Source: Hydrolagus colliei (Eukaryota). Taken from it: 64,000 bases of DNA. Position numbers and translations under genes: made by a program. The notes under the pieces were generated by a model. The model was not told the origin of the DNA. It made no database searches and was given only the letters and a program-made list of their open reading frames with translations. Shown piece after piece: positions 61,306 to 64,000 of the stretch. The DNA lies in assembly GCA_035084275.1 (NCBI GenBank), contig CM068761.1, positions 8,556,001 to 8,620,000 of the forward strand, given 5' to 3'. Positions within the stretch are counted from its first letter, which is position 1. Every line of letters begins with the position of its first letter.

Positions 61306-62084
61306 TACTGATGTAATCGAGATGTTTACGTAACTCTATGGAATGAATCCCAAGCTGTGGCTAATGTAATAATATAATAGCCTATAGTTATGTTTGAATT
61401 GGGAGAATCACGTGGACGGTTATAGTATAATTGATTGAAGCAATAAAAACAATAAAATGAATGATACGCTGAGCACAACCGGCAGTGAGCGGACCATGTT
61501 CTTCATTCACATAATATAGTTTGCTGCTCTCCTAATGGAAGAATTTGCAATTGTTAATATTTATGAATGGTTATCGCAACCAATCAGGTCCAAGATCGAC
61601 GTTTAGACATTCTGACTCATGCGCTAATTTGTGAGTAAAAACTGTAAGTGTTGATTGTACTTCATGGGGGAGGAGGATTAGGAAATGTGATTTTAGTCAT
61701 CGTTAGTCACCATTTTATATTCTATTTTGGTGGGCATAATGCTGGTAAACACATATTGATACGGCATAAACTTGTTTTTAAATATAACGATACTTGGGAA
61801 ATCGCTTTAACATAGTGGAGTTATATCTCTTTAAGTAATTATCAGTACTGGATCTGCCCAAGTAACGTAGGGGATGTGTTCTTAACAAATGCGATTTTAC
61901 GTGAAAACCATATAGCGAAACCTAAATTACCATAGACCCCCATACTATCAACAGGGGTTAGGCACCTTCAGTACATTTCTGGTTTAATTTTGTTGCACTA
62001 ATATTGAATAGAAGCAACACCACTAGTATTGAAAATAAAATTAAAATTTAATGAATATATACATAAGATAACAACAGCAAAATT

Positions 62085-64000
62085 ATACTGATAGAGCGCC
62101 TTTCATGTCAGGAGGATGTTGCAAGGCGCTGAAGAATTAGATCATATCCGATCGGGTAAAGTGGTGGGGGGGTGGGGGCAAGAGAGTAGGAAAGGTGGGA
62201 TAGTTTGGAGAGTTGGAGAAGGCACGGTCGAAGAGGAAGCTGTTGAGACTGGTCTTAAAGGAGGAAAGGGAGGAAGAGAGGCGAACGAGTTGCAGGATGG
62301 AGTTCCAGAGTGTGGGACAGAGTGGCTGAAAGCCCGGCCACCGATGGTAGGTCAGTTTTGGGCGGGGGACATGGAGCATGAATGGCCTTGAAAGTGAGGA
62401 CGAGGATCTGGAATTTAACTCTATTGAAGATGATGAGCCAGTGGAGATGGGCAGAGCCTAGTGCAGGAGATTCCACGAGCTGCAGAGTTCTGAATAATCT
62501 GCCGTAGTCGAGCCTAGATGTGATGAAAGCGTGGATGAGTGTTTCAGCAGCATGGGGGGTGAGGTAGTGGCGGAGGAGGTGGAAGGCTGTACCGGGCATG
62601 GCGTGGATTTGGGGGAGGAAGGATAGTTTGCGGTTGAACAAGCTACCCAGATTGCTGACTGGCTTCAAGAGGTGGAGAGTGCATCCTTGAATGCTGATGT
62701 TGCCAGCACCTGAGGTGCTGAGGCGCTGACGCCAGTGAATCAGGATGGCCTCTGTTTGTTGATGTTTAGTTGGAGTCAGTTGTCCCTTGTCCGGGACTAA
62801 ATGTTGGACAGACATGCAGTCAGAATGCCATTAGTCCAGGAGTTGAGTGTGGAAGCGGAAAGGTAGAGTTGGGTGGCATTCGCACACATGTGGAAATTTA
62901 CCACCTTTCAGGTGATGATTTCACCGAGGGGAAGCACGTAGATGGTGAGGAGCAGGGAGCCAAGAACAAAGAATGCCACATGTGACTGTATGAGGGCTGG
63001 AGGAAAAACCGTTAGGGGAGACAAACTGAAAGCTGTGTGAGACATATGGCTGGTACTAGTCAAGACCCTAGAAGATTGAGGAGGGAGGAGATGCGGGAGA
63101 GGAGAATTGCATGGTCAATGGTATCAAAGGCAGTGGATAAATTGAGGAGGACGAGGAGGCAGAGGGAGGCCAGGTCACGGATTGTCAGGATGTCATTTGG
63201 GACTTTGAACAGAGCAGTTTCCCACCCCAATTGGAGGGGTTCGAAAAGTGAGTGGGTTGAGTGGAAAGAGTGGAACTGTGAAGAAACACATCTTTCGCTG
63301 ACCTTAGACAGGAAAGGGAGAATGGAGATGGGCGGGTAACTTGAGAGCTGCAACACATTGAGGGAAGGTTTCTTTAGCATGGGGGTGATAGTGGCAGATT
63401 TGAGGTGAGTAGGAATGGTGCCAGATGAAAGGTGGCAGGTTAGTGGAGTCGGCAATTAGTGGAGCTAGAAGGTGGAGCTGGGTGGTAAGAAGAGGGGTTT
63501 GGATGGGGTCAAGGGAGCAGGTGATGTGCTTGATGGAGTCGATGGTTTTTGTGATGGAGGATGGGGAGATGGTATGGAATGCGTGGAAGGAGGGATGGTT
63601 AGGAGACAGGATTTGTGGGGAAGATGACAAGGGGGTGGAAGTTGGAGGGACGGTGAATCGCAGAGCAGCTATCCTCGATTTTGGACTCAAGTAAATCCAG
63701 CATCTCCTCGCAGCGGGCGTTGGAGGAAAGGATATGTGAGGCAACGTGAGGCAGTGGGCGGGAGGACAGGACAACAATGGGGGGATGGAAGACCTGGTTG
63801 GTGTTAGAGAAAAGCATTCAGGATTTGTACTTCGCCTCCAGGATTATTCTGGAGTAGAAGGACTATTTGGTGGAGGCTAGAGTGGAGCAGTACGATGAAG
63901 TGAGGTCCAGCCAGATATGCCATTGGACAGTTAGGCGGGAATTGAGCCACGTGCGTCAGTGGCCCACATCTGGCTCTTGAGGAAATGGAGGTGAGTGGTG
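62085..64000 (-). mobile_element. Long L2 LINE, paralog of 10380-13130 (runs off the window)
   Basis: Colinear with 10385-12430, with small deletions. Confidence 0.85.

Overview
Cartilaginous-fish genomic DNA (species not determinable; inference from Ig type and repeat content) carrying a head-to-tail array of five immunoglobulin light-chain clusters of the lambda / type II (NS3-like) class, all on the + strand. Each has the form promoter - leader exon - germline-joined VJ exon - ~2 kb intron - C exon. VJ exons start at 5528, 25464, 34756, 47141 and 57201. Clusters 4 and 5 look intact. Cluster 2 is open but has atypical substitutions. Cluster 1 lacks promoter and leader (an antisense endogenous retrovirus sits at the leader-V intron position). 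Cluster 3 has two deletions (promoter+ATG, and the 5' part of C). The ERV (1470-5493, minus) retains its 5' LTR, a tRNA-Ser(GCU) PBS, gag, protease, a putative 2H-phosphoesterase domain between PR and RT, and the first residues of RT. The inter-cluster spacer, amplified together with the Ig clusters, carries a minus-strand cassette of a divergent histone H2B pseudogene directly followed by a RUNDC1-like coding fragment (3 copies). It also holds many L2/CR1 LINE and tRNA-SINE pieces, a probable solo LTR and a 233-bp palindrome. All identifications are from reading the sequence; no searches were run.
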